From Candidatus Bathyarchaeia archaeon (GTDB lineage Archaea > Thermoproteota > Bathyarchaeia > 40CM-2-53-6), in the NCBI GenBank assembly GCA_049513715.1, contig JBEKVV010000003.1, positions 224,001 through 288,000 on the forward strand: DNA of 64,000 nucleotides, read 5' to 3'. Both the position numbers and the translations under genes were made by a program. The notes under the pieces were generated by a model. The model had not been told where the DNA came from and did no database searches. It worked only from the letters and a program-made list of their open reading frames with translations. How positions within the stretch are numbered: the first letter of the stretch is position 1; every line of letters starts with the position of its first letter. Of this stretch, positions 46,084 to 56,132 are shown one piece after another.

Positions 46084-46734
46084 ATGTATCAAGAACAGAA
46101 GAGTAACATGCCGAAGTTCGTGATGACGGGAACCACTACTATGGGTCTCGTCTGCCGGGATGGTATAGTGCTCGGGACTGATACCCGCGCGACACTGGGA
46201 ACCTTCGTCGCCCACAAGAAAGCGAAGAAGGTTTACGCAATCGACGAACACGTCGCCATGACCATTGCCGGAGGCGTCGCGGACGCTCAGAGCGTCGTAG
46301 AGGTGCTTCGGGCTAACTCGAAACTCTACAAGTTCGAGAAAGGCCTTCCTATACCAATAAGCGCGGTCGCACGACTAGCGGCAAACATCCTCTTCTCATC
46401 ACGGTACTACCCTTTCATACTCCAATCGATTATCGGCGGAATGGACGACCAAGGCGCCCACATTTTCGCCCTTGACCCCTTAGGTAGTGTTACGGAAGAG
46501 AAATGTGTCTCCACAGGTTCAGGGTCGCCTGTGGCATACGGCGTTCTCGAGCCAGGTTACAAAGAGGGTATGTCTGTTAAAGAAGCGATACCCCTCGTGG
46601 TTCGGGCCGTCACTTCGGCCATGAAACGGGACTCGGCCAGTGGGGATAGCTTCGACGTGGCTGTCATTTTGAAGGATGGTTATCGGGAACTCAGTGATGA
46701 CGAGAAGAAGAGCGTCCTCACTGAGGCCAGTTAA
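46084..46734 (+). CDS. psmB: Proteasome beta subunit
   Basis: Propeptide-G|TTT, GVADAQ, TGSGS and RDSASG. Confidence 0.97.
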   Translation: MYQEQKSNMPKFVMTGTTTMGLVCRDGIVLGTDTRATLGTFVAHKKAKKVYAIDEHVAMTIAGGVADAQSVVEVLRANSKLYKFEKGLPIPISAVARLAANILFSSRYYPFILQSIIGGMDDQGAHIFALDPLGSVTEEKCVSTGSGSPVAYGVLEPGYKEGMSVKEAIPLVVRAVTSAMKRDSASGDSFDVAVILKDGYRELSDDEKKSVLTEAS

Positions 46735-46777
46735 ACCCCTCTCTTGTCATGAGAATTCTAAGTAACTAGATCTCAGG

Positions 46778-48709
46778 GTGGTTTCGGCAGTGGCTAAGCT
46801 GGTAGATGAAACACAGGTAAGAATACGCGAAACCATAATTTCCCACATGCCGAAAGAGGCCGAAATAACTCGAATCGAATTCGAGGGTCCCCGCCTGGCG
46901 ATATACGTGAAGAACGTTGGCCTGCTGCTTGAGCAAAGCTACGTGGTCACAGATATCGTAAACCTACTTCACAAACGGGTCGTCATCAGATCGGACCCGT
47001 CAATCCGTCTTACTGAGATCGAATCTGAACGACTGATTAAGGGCATTGTGCCGACCGAGGCAGAGATTACGGAGATTAACTTCGACCCTAGTTTGGGCGA
47101 GGTTGTTATCGAAGCAAAGAAACCAGGCCTCGCGATTGGAAAAGATGGAATGACCCTTCAAGATATCATTAAGAAAACCAGTTGGCGCCCGAGAGTTCTG
47201 CGAGCGCCTCCATTGCCATCCAAAATCATAGCCAGCTCCCGACACATCCTTCACTCGGAAAGTGAAGAGAGAAGCAGAATATTCAGAGATGTCGGGGAAC
47301 GAATTTTCCGGCCTAGGCTCGCGAAAACCTCTAGCGTTTTCTTCACGCCGCTTGGGGGCTTTCATGAAGTCGGACGCTCGGCTATGCTTGTGCAGACTGA
47401 GGAGAGCTGCGTTATGCTGGACTGCGGAATCAGTGCCGGCGCCGAGCATCCCCTTTCAGCATATCCAAGAATCGACTCGGACGCCTTTGACATAGAGAAA
47501 CTTGATGCGGTAATCATTTCGCACAGCCACCTCGACCATTGCGGCTTTGTTCCTTTCCTCTACAAGTACGGTTATGATGGACCGATCTACTGCTCCGAGC
47601 CCACCTCTGTGCTTATGACGTTACTGCAACTCGATTACTTGGACGTCTTCAACAAGGAGGGTGGAATCGCTCCATATGACCAGAAGGACGTTCGCGAAGC
47701 AGTGATGCACACCATACCAGTCAAGTATGGCGTGGTCACCGATGTGGCGCCTGACATTAAACTAACCCTCCACAACGCGGGCCATATTATCGGAAGCTCA
47801 ATTGTCCACCTCCACATAGGAGAAGGCCTACACAACCTAGTCTACTCTGGGGACTTCAAATTTGCTCGCACAATGCTCTTGGAACCTGCGGTCTGCTCTT
47901 TCCCCAGAGTGGAGACGCTTGTTATGGAGAGCACGTATGGCGGGCCTGATGATGTAATGTCGGACCGAGAGACCGTGGAGGGCAAGTTGACAAAGATTGT
48001 GAATGACACCGCGGAGAAGGGTGGGAAAATCTTAATCCCCACTCTGGCCGTTGGACGCGCTCAGGAGATCATGCTCGTCCTCAACGCCTACATGAAGAAC
48101 AAACTGATCAAAGAACTTCCTATATTCATTGAAGGAATGATTTCCGAAGCGACAGCCATCCATACCGCCTACCCGGAATACTTGGCGCGAGATTTGCGTG
48201 AGCAGATTCTATACAAGGACGTCAACCCGTTTCAGTCGGATTATTTCACGAATGTGGATCATCCGTCTGAGCGAGAGAAGATTGCGGCCGGGAACCCATG
48301 CATTATTCTTGCCACCTCAGGGATGATGGAGGGCGGCCCGGCAATCGACTATTTCCGATACCTCGCTCCAGACGAAAAAAACTCCCTAGTGTTCGTCAGC
48401 TACCAAGTGGAAGGGACGCTGGGGAACAGGCTGAAGAATGGGGCTAGAGAAGTTTCATTGATGAGCAGAAATGGGAAAATGGACGCCTACAAGGTGAACC
48501 TGCGCGTAGAGAGCGTCGAGGGCTTCTCAGGCCACTCAGACAGAAACCAACTATTTTCCTTCCTGAAACGAATATCGCCGAGACCGTCGAGGGTGATAAT
48601 GGGGCATGGCGAGCGAAGAAAGACGGACCTATTTGCACATCAGGTGTCGCGTATCCTGAGGCTGAGAACGGTGGCGCCTGATAATCTGGAAACATTAAGA
48701 TTAAGGTAA
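46778..48709 (+). CDS. fttA: Beta-CASP ribonuclease aCPSF1 (FttA)
   Basis: N-terminal KH domains, SHSHLDH, AGHIIGS, ESTYG and GFSGHSD. Canonical position after psmB. Confidence 0.96.
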   Translation: MVSAVAKLVDETQVRIRETIISHMPKEAEITRIEFEGPRLAIYVKNVGLLLEQSYVVTDIVNLLHKRVVIRSDPSIRLTEIESERLIKGIVPTEAEITEINFDPSLGEVVIEAKKPGLAIGKDGMTLQDIIKKTSWRPRVLRAPPLPSKIIASSRHILHSESEERSRIFRDVGERIFRPRLAKTSSVFFTPLGGFHEVGRSAMLVQTEESCVMLDCGISAGAEHPLSAYPRIDSDAFDIEKLDAVIISHSHLDHCGFVPFLYKYGYDGPIYCSEPTSVLMTLLQLDYLDVFNKEGGIAPYDQKDVREAVMHTIPVKYGVVTDVAPDIKLTLHNAGHIIGSSIVHLHIGEGLHNLVYSGDFKFARTMLLEPAVCSFPRVETLVMESTYGGPDDVMSDRETVEGKLTKIVNDTAEKGGKILIPTLAVGRAQEIMLVLNAYMKNKLIKELPIFIEGMISEATAIHTAYPEYLARDLREQILYKDVNPFQSDYFTNVDHPSEREKIAAGNPCIILATSGMMEGGPAIDYFRYLAPDEKNSLVFVSYQVEGTLGNRLKNGAREVSLMSRNGKMDAYKVNLRVESVEGFSGHSDRNQLFSFLKRISPRPSRVIMGHGERRKTDLFAHQVSRILRLRTVAPDNLETLRLR

Positions 48710-48726
48710 GAAGCTAGAGCGCTGGT

Positions 48727-49104
48727 CTATTCTGTCTCCTCGTCCGCCCCAGCACTTGCGGTGGCGACGGCTAACGGAGAGTTTTCTTTCCCACGCCACA
48801 CCTTCACTGTGGGCGGAGTCATCACAATTCTCTCTTCGCCAAGCCTCGCAATATCCCCTTGAATGGATTTTATAAAATCAACGAGTTCGCTAATCGCTGA
48901 CTTAGTTTCCTCGACACTTCTCTTTGCGATAGGAGTTATCTTGACAATCAGAATGTTGCCCTCGATAATCTCCGCCTTGACCCGGGGTACATCTGTAGGG
49001 TCACGCAGCGGATACGCCTTCACGTAAATCGGATGCTGAATGGAGGGGTTTACTAACGGAAACCTTTCGTTTCTCTCATCACTTGAGCTAATCATTGATG
49101 TCAC
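48727..49104 (-). CDS. sepF: Cell division protein SepF-like
   Basis: EGNILIVKITP...L......I.GDIARLGEERIVMTP..VK. Confidence 0.85.
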   Translation of the reverse strand: MTSMISSSDERNERFPLVNPSIQHPIYVKAYPLRDPTDVPRVKAEIIEGNILIVKITPIAKRSVEETKSAISELVDFIKSIQGDIARLGEERIVMTPPTVKVWRGKENSPLAVATASAGADEETE

Positions 49105-49310
49105 ACAATGCTTGTTCCTGCACGACGATCAGTTGTCTCAGGCGATGCCAGTTTAAACGTTTGCGCGGAAAATCGAGGATTCCAACACGCCCATGTCAAG
49201 ACCGTGCAGGACTTCCACTGTGAAGTACCGATTGTTTGTCACTCACGCGTATGGGAAATTCACAGCCACAACGAGCTTCAACAGGCCTCATTTCCAGTGG
49301 AACCTCACGC

Positions 49311-49799
49311 CTATTTTGATGCACCAAAAGCGGTCCAAAACACGTCGCCTACATAGTGCACGTTCCTGACTGCCTTACCCTTGCCCATCGACTTCATGGC
49401 TTCAGAATCCAATTCAGCGATTCCAAGAGCGATTGTCTTGCCGAATTTCTCATCGACAATTGCCACCAAGTCCCCTTTGGCAAAAGCATAATTCAACTGC
49501 TTGATGCCTGGCCTCATCACCTGCGCGCCATTCACCACGTGAGGGACAGCACCCATATCGACTACGATTCTCGGCAGAGAACCCACTAACTCATCGAACT
49601 TCAATGAAGGAAGAAGGCGTACCTTTGTGCGGAGAATCAACGGTTTCTCATCAACGAAAAACACCGACCCCCCCTCAACAACGAGTTCCTCGAATCTCTC
49701 AGCTGCCTTCAGCTTCTGCTCGGCCCGCGGGTACCATTCTGCGAATTCCCTTATGACCTGTCTAGCCTCACTGTCCTTCAAATGTCGTCGTGCAGGCAA
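49311..49799 (-). CDS. PUA-domain RNA-binding protein (DUF1947/MCT-1-like)
   Basis: VVDMGAVPHVVNGAQVMRPGI and NVHYVGD..W. Confidence 0.92.
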   Translation of the reverse strand: MPARRHLKDSEARQVIREFAEWYPRAEQKLKAAERFEELVVEGGSVFFVDEKPLILRTKVRLLPSLKFDELVGSLPRIVVDMGAVPHVVNGAQVMRPGIKQLNYAFAKGDLVAIVDEKFGKTIALGIAELDSEAMKSMGKGKAVRNVHYVGDVFWTAFGASK

Positions 49800-49993
49800 G
49801 GCCCTTCAGTCGATTACCCCAGCATTTCGGATTATTAACGTCACGTTTCTCGTCGAACATAATTCACCTTCCTGGCAAGGAAGGTGAGGTGTGGGACAAA
49901 GCAACCGGAGGCATTTCTTGGCCAGCCTAAGCTTTAATTTGGAGGCCTTTCCTTTACGGTGAAACTGCTTTCAAAATCAGGTCAGAAAGAACA

Positions 49994-50224
49994 ATGTCTG
50001 CAGTCGCCGACAAGATCTTCCAAGAGAGCCTAAGCAAAATCGTTCTCGTGGAACTGAAAGGTAGTCGTACGATACGGGGGAAACTCTACAGCTACGACCA
50101 ACACATGAACCTGGTGCTGGAGGACGCTGAAGACGTTTCGAACCCCGACAACGCACGAAATATTGGCACAATCATCGTTAGAGGCGACAATGTGGTGCTC
50201 GTCTCGCCTCCACCTAAGAGGTAA
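49994..50224 (+). CDS. Sm-like archaeal protein (SmAP1/LSm)
   Basis: G.L.SYDQHMNLVL and IIVRGDNVVLVSP. Directly upstream of L37e. Confidence 0.96.
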   Translation: MSAVADKIFQESLSKIVLVELKGSRTIRGKLYSYDQHMNLVLEDAEDVSNPDNARNIGTIIVRGDNVVLVSPPPKR

Positions 50225-50263
50225 AATTCAAGGTAGAATAACTACTTCTCGAGGAGTGACGCG

Positions 50264-50455
50264 ATGACTAAGGGTACAGCATCCTTCGGAAGACGAGGAC
50301 GCTCAAAGACCCATATTAGATGCAGACGTTGCGGCCGGCACTCCTATCACATAAGGTGGAAACGTTGCTCCGCCTGCGGTTTCGGAGCGTCCAAGAGACT
50401 CCGCGGATACGCCTGGCAAACGCATACCATGAACCGCTTCAGAAGGATCCGGTAA
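50264..50455 (+). CDS. rpl37e: 50S ribosomal protein L37e
   Basis: KGTASFG..THIRCRRCG..SYH....CSACGF. Confidence 0.97.
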   Translation: MTKGTASFGRRGRSKTHIRCRRCGRHSYHIRWKRCSACGFGASKRLRGYAWQTHTMNRFRRIR

Positions 50456-50533
50456 CCGTTTCCCTCAGTGAAGAGCTCAAAGTCTAGCTTCTTAGCAAGC
50501 GTGCTGAGTTTAGCATGAATGCTGACTCTGAAT

Positions 50534-51301
50534 CTAAGCGGATGGGCTGGGCGCTGCGGGCGTAGTCGCAGTGGTGGCAGCGGCAGCTTCAGGGGCTGCA
50601 GGCGGAGGAGACGGAGCTGGCTTCTTGAAGTTTTCCAAGAAGGTTACGGTTTGAATGCTCGAGAAGAACTTCTCCACATCAGCGGTTATGGTACGTTTAG
50701 CCACTTGGAGTCCTTCAAGGAAGAAAGCTTCCTCCGGAATCTCAGCCTCCAACTTCCCGTCCGAAATCTTGACGTTGAACTTCTGCTGTTCGACAGATGA
50801 AAGCCGTTTGTGCAGTAAATTCTTCACTTTGTCTTCGTCGGTCTCGATAACCTTCTCCACCGTCGCATCATAGATGAGGGTCTTACCGGCGAAGGGATTA
50901 TTGTAATCGACCTGAACTCTGCCAGCGCCGACTGCGCGTACCTGGGCTACCTTACCGTCTATGTTCACCTGCAAACCAGGAACCGGAGTCATGCCATCAG
51001 CAGTGAACTTGCGAAGCGGAACCAACCTGACTTTCTTTGGGTCACGAGCTCCGTAAGCCTTTTCGGGGGGCAGTTCCACCGTCTTAGCCTTGCCGATTTC
51101 GAAACTCGTCAAGGACTCGTCTAGTCCTTTAGGTACCCATCCTTCTCCGATGACAACGAAGAATGGTTCATACCGTTCTTCCCCGTGGTACAGTTTCGTT
51201 TCCTTTGCCACATTCTCCAGCGTTGTCCCGACGGTTTCTCCAGTTTCTTTCACTTTCAGCGTGTAGTTTAGGAGGATGAAGTCGCCGTTTTTGAGGGGCA
51301 A
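50534..51301 (-). CDS. slyD: Long-type archaeal FKBP peptidyl-prolyl isomerase
   Basis: GEGWVPKGLDE, PPEKAYG.RD, RVQVDYNNPFAGKTL and an Ala/Pro/Thr-rich tail. Confidence 0.92.
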   Translation of the reverse strand: MPLKNGDFILLNYTLKVKETGETVGTTLENVAKETKLYHGEERYEPFFVVIGEGWVPKGLDESLTSFEIGKAKTVELPPEKAYGARDPKKVRLVPLRKFTADGMTPVPGLQVNIDGKVAQVRAVGAGRVQVDYNNPFAGKTLIYDATVEKVIETDEDKVKNLLHKRLSSVEQQKFNVKISDGKLEAEIPEEAFFLEGLQVAKRTITADVEKFFSSIQTVTFLENFKKPAPSPPPAAPEAAAATTATTPAAPSPSA

Positions 51302-51478
51302 TCAATAGCACCTTGATCTTTGAAGGCGAACGTAAGATTTGACCGCTCTAGATTAATCTTTCAGCAGAGACCTCAGAAACAATGCTTGAAGAGTTGAACT
51401 TGAAGAGGACGTCACGATCGTTCAAGCTTGAGAAAAGGGAGTTGAGGGGCCGCGAGTCCCTCAAAGTGACGCCGTCCA

Positions 51479-51904
51479 CTAAGTCTTTGCTTCGGGTGGC
51501 TTCCAGGTTATCCCTAAAATGCCTCCGATTAGGCCTAGTATGAGTCCGACTCCGAATCCGCCCATTGCACTTCCGAATATGCTTAGGACCGAGAACACTA
51601 CGATGACGGTGCCCCAAGTTGAGTGCTCTGCAGGCTTCTTGTTCAGCATCAATGCGCTGATTATCACTATGACCCCAAATACAAGGCCTAAGACACCCAG
51701 TACGCCGAATGCCGCGCCCATCACGCCGAAAGGGTACCGGCCGTAACCCATCATACCGCCGAAACCACCATAACCGCCCATCATTCCGAACCCATACTGC
51801 CCCATGAACGATCCGAGCATAGACATCATTCCTCCACCCAGAAGGATGAAGATGCCCGCGACCAAGGACAACACAAAGGCGGCCGTTGGCTTTTCCTCTG
51901 TCAT
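51479..51904 (-). CDS. Gly/Met-rich membrane protein (DUF6114-like)
   Basis: EKPTAAFVLSL.AGI.IL, GMMGG repeats and GGF.VG.ILG.IGGILG..W. Confidence 0.75.
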   Translation of the reverse strand: MTEEKPTAAFVLSLVAGIFILLGGGMMSMLGSFMGQYGFGMMGGYGGFGGMMGYGRYPFGVMGAAFGVLGVLGLVFGVIVIISALMLNKKPAEHSTWGTVIVVFSVLSIFGSAMGGFGVGLILGLIGGILGITWKPPEAKT

Positions 51905-51927
51905 TTCTTACTTGTCACCTCCAAAGA

Positions 51928-52491
51928 TCAGTTGAACTCAACCTCTTGTACGAACGCGCCATGCCAGGAGTGGTACCACACTTGACCCGTGTAGCCGTTG
52001 ACACTCAACATGCCAGCGACTTTTCCGTTGACTGTGAAGTCAAAGGTGTAATATCCGTAGAACTGTGTAGCCATCTCAGTTCTTGCGCCTTGGAAGTGCG
52101 CGTCAAGAAAGGTTTGCGCAAGCTGCTCAGCTTTGTTCTCGTTGACGGTCATGGTTGATGATTTTTGCTTCGCGTAACCCATCATGCCGCTTGCCATCGG
52201 GCTGTACTTTGTGTTCCACATCATGTTAGGGCCAGGTTCAGGCATCATGACCCCGGTGCCAATGCGGTTGCCCATTATGCCACCGCCCATACCCGATTGT
52301 GGAACCTGCTTCCAGATAAGCATCTCAAACGCGCCGATTCCTGTGTCTTTCTCATAGTAGATAACGTAGAAGTTGTTCTGGAATTCCATGATTTCCTTGA
52401 TTGCTAAGTTTGGGTTCTGTGTTGACGCTAAGTATTGCTGAGCGATAGATTTCGCCTGGTCGAGCGAAATTGGAGAACTCGTCTGAACCAC
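51928..52491 (-). CDS. PepSY-like Met-rich protein, apparently lacking its N-terminal signal region
   Basis: EIMEFQNNFY, PEPGPNMMWNTKY, FYGYYT and GMLSVNGYTGQVWYHSWHG. Confidence 0.7.
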   Translation of the reverse strand: MVQTSSPISLDQAKSIAQQYLASTQNPNLAIKEIMEFQNNFYVIYYEKDTGIGAFEMLIWKQVPQSGMGGGIMGNRIGTGVMMPEPGPNMMWNTKYSPMASGMMGYAKQKSSTMTVNENKAEQLAQTFLDAHFQGARTEMATQFYGYYTFDFTVNGKVAGMLSVNGYTGQVWYHSWHGAFVQEVEFN

Positions 52492-52551
52492 AGTCTGCTG
52501 TGCCCATTGCGCTTGCTGGTTCTGCCCCTGCCATACTCGGCGGAGTTGAGT

Positions 52552-52692
52552 TCAGCTGTACTTGGTGGGGTTCTTGTCAAACTCCTGCTTACAGGCCGCC
52601 GAGCAGAAGTAGTACTTTGCACCATCGCGGACACTTGTGTACTTCGCTTGGCTTTCAGAGACGTTCATTCTACAGACCGGATCAACCGCCAT
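52552..52692 (-). CDS. YHS-domain protein (46 aa, absent from the ORF track)
   Basis: Translated by hand: MAVDPVCRMNVSESQAKYTSVRDGAKYYFCSAACKQEFDKNPTKYS. DPVC.M and YYFCS..C are the YHS/TRASH signature. Confidence 0.92.
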   Translation of the reverse strand: MAVDPVCRMNVSESQAKYTSVRDGAKYYFCSAACKQEFDKNPTKYS

Positions 52693-52831
52693 ATCTCAAT
52701 CACCCGTTATACCTACTTCGTAATAGTATCTAAGACTTCGTTCGACTCGGATATTCCGCTCCGTGGATTTCGAAAGTCACGAGCCGCAACATTAACAACC
52801 AATCACCCAATCATGCTCTTTCCGAATAGCC

Positions 52832-53368
52832 ATGCCTCCTTCGAAAACAGCCAAGACCGTGCCCAAGTCATTCAGAATAGATGAGTCCGCGCTTCGGGCA
52901 GTCGAGGCAGAAGCGGCCTCTCTCAGCGTAAGCCCAAACACGCTTGTGAACCAAATTCTCAAGCAGTACGCTGAATTCGACCGCTTTGCACGCAAAATCA
53001 ATACTGTGAAAATAAGCAGCGCTCCCTTCAGAGGCCTACTCTCAGCGACTAATGTCGACCAACTCATTGAAGTCGCCAAATCCGCGGGCAGCAGCATTCC
53101 CCAAGCATTTGTGACAGCGAAGCACGGAAAGATTGACCTTGGTTCTCTAATCAATCACGTGAGATCTTTGGCAACATATGCCCAACTTTTCGAGTTTAGC
53201 GAAACCTTCGACCCACATGGCCATGTGGTCACGCTCATCCATGATTATGGCTTGAACTGGTCCATATTCCTAGTGCACTACATCAGCGCAATGTTGGAGC
53301 AAATCGGCGTTTCACCAAAACTAGAGATGAGTGACAGGTCTGTGATTTTCACTCTGTCAAATCAATAG
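52832..53368 (+). CDS. Ribbon-helix-helix protein with C-terminal ligand-binding-like domain
   Basis: KSFRIDE......EA....VSPNTLVNQILKQY and IHDYGLNWS.F. Confidence 0.7.
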   Translation: MPPSKTAKTVPKSFRIDESALRAVEAEAASLSVSPNTLVNQILKQYAEFDRFARKINTVKISSAPFRGLLSATNVDQLIEVAKSAGSSIPQAFVTAKHGKIDLGSLINHVRSLATYAQLFEFSETFDPHGHVVTLIHDYGLNWSIFLVHYISAMLEQIGVSPKLEMSDRSVIFTLSNQ

Positions 53369-53383
53369 ATGCAATGCACACAG

Positions 53384-54535
53384 CTACTGTGTTTTCGCGA
53401 AGACTTCTCTAGCTGATGCTACGGCTTCCCCGTTCTTCAGTCTGTGTCCTTGCTCCAATAGGACGGATTCGATAGCTGTTGCGGTTGCAAGGATTTCGAA
53501 TTGTGATACGGTTCCCATTACACCGATTCGGAATAGCTGGCCATGGGTTTTCCCCATGCCACCCGCAACCACGAGGCGGAACTTGGAATTCAGTGCTCCT
53601 CTGAATTTCTTGTCGTCTATGCCTTTAGGGTACTTGATCGCTACGACGGTGTTAGAGCGGACTTCTTTGCGTGCGAAGAGCTCCAATCCCATGGCTTCGA
53701 CTGCCGCGTACGTCGCGTCGGCACAGGTTTTGTGCCGTTTAAAGCGAGCTTCAAGCCCTTCTTGGCGGATCATTTGCAGAGCTTCATCAAGAGCGAAGAA
53801 GAGATTCACTGCTGGTGTGTATGGTGTTTCCTTCTTGCCGTCCCAGAATTCCTTGCAAATTTGAAGGTCGAAGTAGTATGAACGCGGAGTCTTCTTGATT
53901 ACCTCCCACGCCTTCGGGCTCACTGATATGATTGCCAACCCCGGTGGGGTCATCAAGCATTTCTGGCTCCCGGTAATGCAAATGTCTACTCCCCACTCGT
54001 CGACGGGAAGCTCAACACCTCCCTGAATTGAAATCGCATCGACCAAGAAGAGCGCGCCGTACTTTCTGCAGAGTTCACCGATTTCTTTCAGGTTTGGGGT
54101 AGTTACACCTGTTGATGTTTCGTTGTAGATTATTGCGACAGCGGTTACAGGGGAATTCTTCTTGAGAGCTTCTTCAACTTGACTGACGGTGACTGCGTTT
54201 CCCCATTCAACAGGAATCTCGATACCTTTCCCGCCCAACAGGTTCACTGCTTCAAGGAAACGTTGGCTGAACACACCGTTAACAGGAACAATGATCTTTG
54301 CGCCTGGATTGCAGATGTTTCGGACTGCGCATTCCACCCCGCCCGTTCCTGAGGCGGAAAGCACGAATAGGTCGTTCTTTGTTCCAAAGACGTACTTGGC
54401 GTTGTCAACTATTCGAGCGTGCAGTTCGTGAAATTCGGGTCCGCGGTGGTTGATGATCGGACGAAGCATAGCGGCGGCTACCCTTGTTGGAATGTTCGTC
54501 GGCCCGGGCAACATTATCAATTGCTTAGTTTCCAT
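53384..54535 (-). CDS. Class V aminotransferase (serine-pyruvate/alanine-glyoxylate type)
   Basis: MLPGPT, SGTGGVE, NETSTG, VDAIS and GSQKCLMTPPG. Confidence 0.94.
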   Translation of the reverse strand: METKQLIMLPGPTNIPTRVAAAMLRPIINHRGPEFHELHARIVDNAKYVFGTKNDLFVLSASGTGGVECAVRNICNPGAKIIVPVNGVFSQRFLEAVNLLGGKGIEIPVEWGNAVTVSQVEEALKKNSPVTAVAIIYNETSTGVTTPNLKEIGELCRKYGALFLVDAISIQGGVELPVDEWGVDICITGSQKCLMTPPGLAIISVSPKAWEVIKKTPRSYYFDLQICKEFWDGKKETPYTPAVNLFFALDEALQMIRQEGLEARFKRHKTCADATYAAVEAMGLELFARKEVRSNTVVAIKYPKGIDDKKFRGALNSKFRLVVAGGMGKTHGQLFRIGVMGTVSQFEILATATAIESVLLEQGHRLKNGEAVASAREVFAKTQ

Positions 54536-54725
54536 TTGTGAATCCCCAGTTTTGATGCGTGGAGAAGTTATTCACTGAAAACCTTTTCTCAGTACTCTCT
54601 CATGTGACATTCAAACCCAGAAGATGCGGTAGCCACTTGAAGCGGAAGATGAATCTATTATATGACTACGTGGAGAATAACGTCTGAGCACAGCCACAAT
54701 AGGGTCGCCGCTAGAGTACTGACAG

Positions 54726-55997
54726 GTGTGGTCTCCAGTGTCGGTTAAGCTTGGCAAAATTATGGGGATACCGGTCAGGATACACTACACTCTCTGGTTA
54801 GTTTTCATTCTGATTGCGTGGTCTCTGGCCTACGGGTATATGCCCCACCAGTATCCAGGGCTCAGTGCGATGACTTATTGGGCGATTGGCATCGCGTCCG
54901 CCGTAATACTATTCGCATCGGTGCTAGTCCATGAGCTGTCCCACTCCTACATAGCCAAGAAGAATGGACTCCCCATCGCGAGAATTACGTTGTTCTTCTT
55001 CGGTGGCGTTTCAGAAATGACTGAGGAACCCCAAGACCCAGGATTGGAAGTCAGAATGGCTGCAGCTGGCCCGCTGATGAGCTTCCTAATCGCAGCCGTG
55101 CTGGCCGCGTTTTGGTATCTCCTCAGTCTCGCCAAAGCTCCTGTGGCAATAACGGCTACGCTCGGATATGGTGCACTAATCAACGCAGTACTAGGAGGTT
55201 TCAATCTACTTCCAGCTTTCCCACTCGACGGCGGCAGAGTGTTTCGGGGAACCCTCTGGAAGCGATCGGGTAACCTGATCCGATCCACGAGAAACGCTAC
55301 TAGGGTCAGCGAAGTATTCTCACTACTGATGATGTTTGGTGGTTTCGCCGCGATAATCTTTGGAGACTTTGTTGATGGACTATGGATAGTCGTTTTGGGT
55401 TGGTTCATCAGATCCGGAGCCGAAACCAGTCTGAAACAAACGATTATGGGCGAAGCTCTGGCAGGTGTGATGGTTGGTGAAATCATGACACGAAACGTGC
55501 TCAGCGTTCCATCTGACTTGACTGTGCAGCAGTTGATAACCGACTACTTCCTCGTCCAACCTCACGGAGGCTATCCGGTGATTCAAGATGGACAAATCTT
55601 GGGCCTGTTGACGTTGCAGAGCGTCCGGTCGGTTCCGAAGGAGGCACGAACAACAGAAACGGCTAGGCAAGTAATGCTTCCCTTAGACCCCAAGATCACG
55701 GTCAAGCCAACAGTATCAGCTTTAGATGTCATGCACAAGATGGCACGCGAGAGATTGGGGCGACTTCTCGTAACCGACAACGGGCATTTGCTTGGAATCG
55801 TCACCCGCGGAGACTTGATGCGCTCAATCCAAATGAGGCAGGACCTTAGCTTAGGCTCCATTCTTCAGCGACCTGAACCATGGTCTCCCTCCACCCCAGT
55901 TGCACCGAGACAGGTTAGGTACTGCGTTCAATGTGGAGCTCAACTGACTATCGGAACCGCAACATGCCCATTCTGCAATGCTAAACAGCCCCAGTAA
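54726..55997 (+). CDS. Site-2 (M50) zinc metalloprotease with CBS pair and C-terminal zinc ribbon
   Basis: HELSH, FNLLPAFPLDGGR, two CBS domains and CVQCG..CPFC. Confidence 0.93.
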   Translation: MWSPVSVKLGKIMGIPVRIHYTLWLVFILIAWSLAYGYMPHQYPGLSAMTYWAIGIASAVILFASVLVHELSHSYIAKKNGLPIARITLFFFGGVSEMTEEPQDPGLEVRMAAAGPLMSFLIAAVLAAFWYLLSLAKAPVAITATLGYGALINAVLGGFNLLPAFPLDGGRVFRGTLWKRSGNLIRSTRNATRVSEVFSLLMMFGGFAAIIFGDFVDGLWIVVLGWFIRSGAETSLKQTIMGEALAGVMVGEIMTRNVLSVPSDLTVQQLITDYFLVQPHGGYPVIQDGQILGLLTLQSVRSVPKEARTTETARQVMLPLDPKITVKPTVSALDVMHKMARERLGRLLVTDNGHLLGIVTRGDLMRSIQMRQDLSLGSILQRPEPWSPSTPVAPRQVRYCVQCGAQLTIGTATCPFCNAKQPQ

Positions 55998-56132
55998 AGC
56001 GCGTCGACTTTGCGATTCTAATTGAGTTGCTAATCTCCCTTTGGTCATCTGGCCGAAGAGAGCCGACACGAAAACACTATCGCAACAGGGATTGTTAAAA
56101 GGCGAAAGCAAGTAGAACCCGTCGATGAACTC

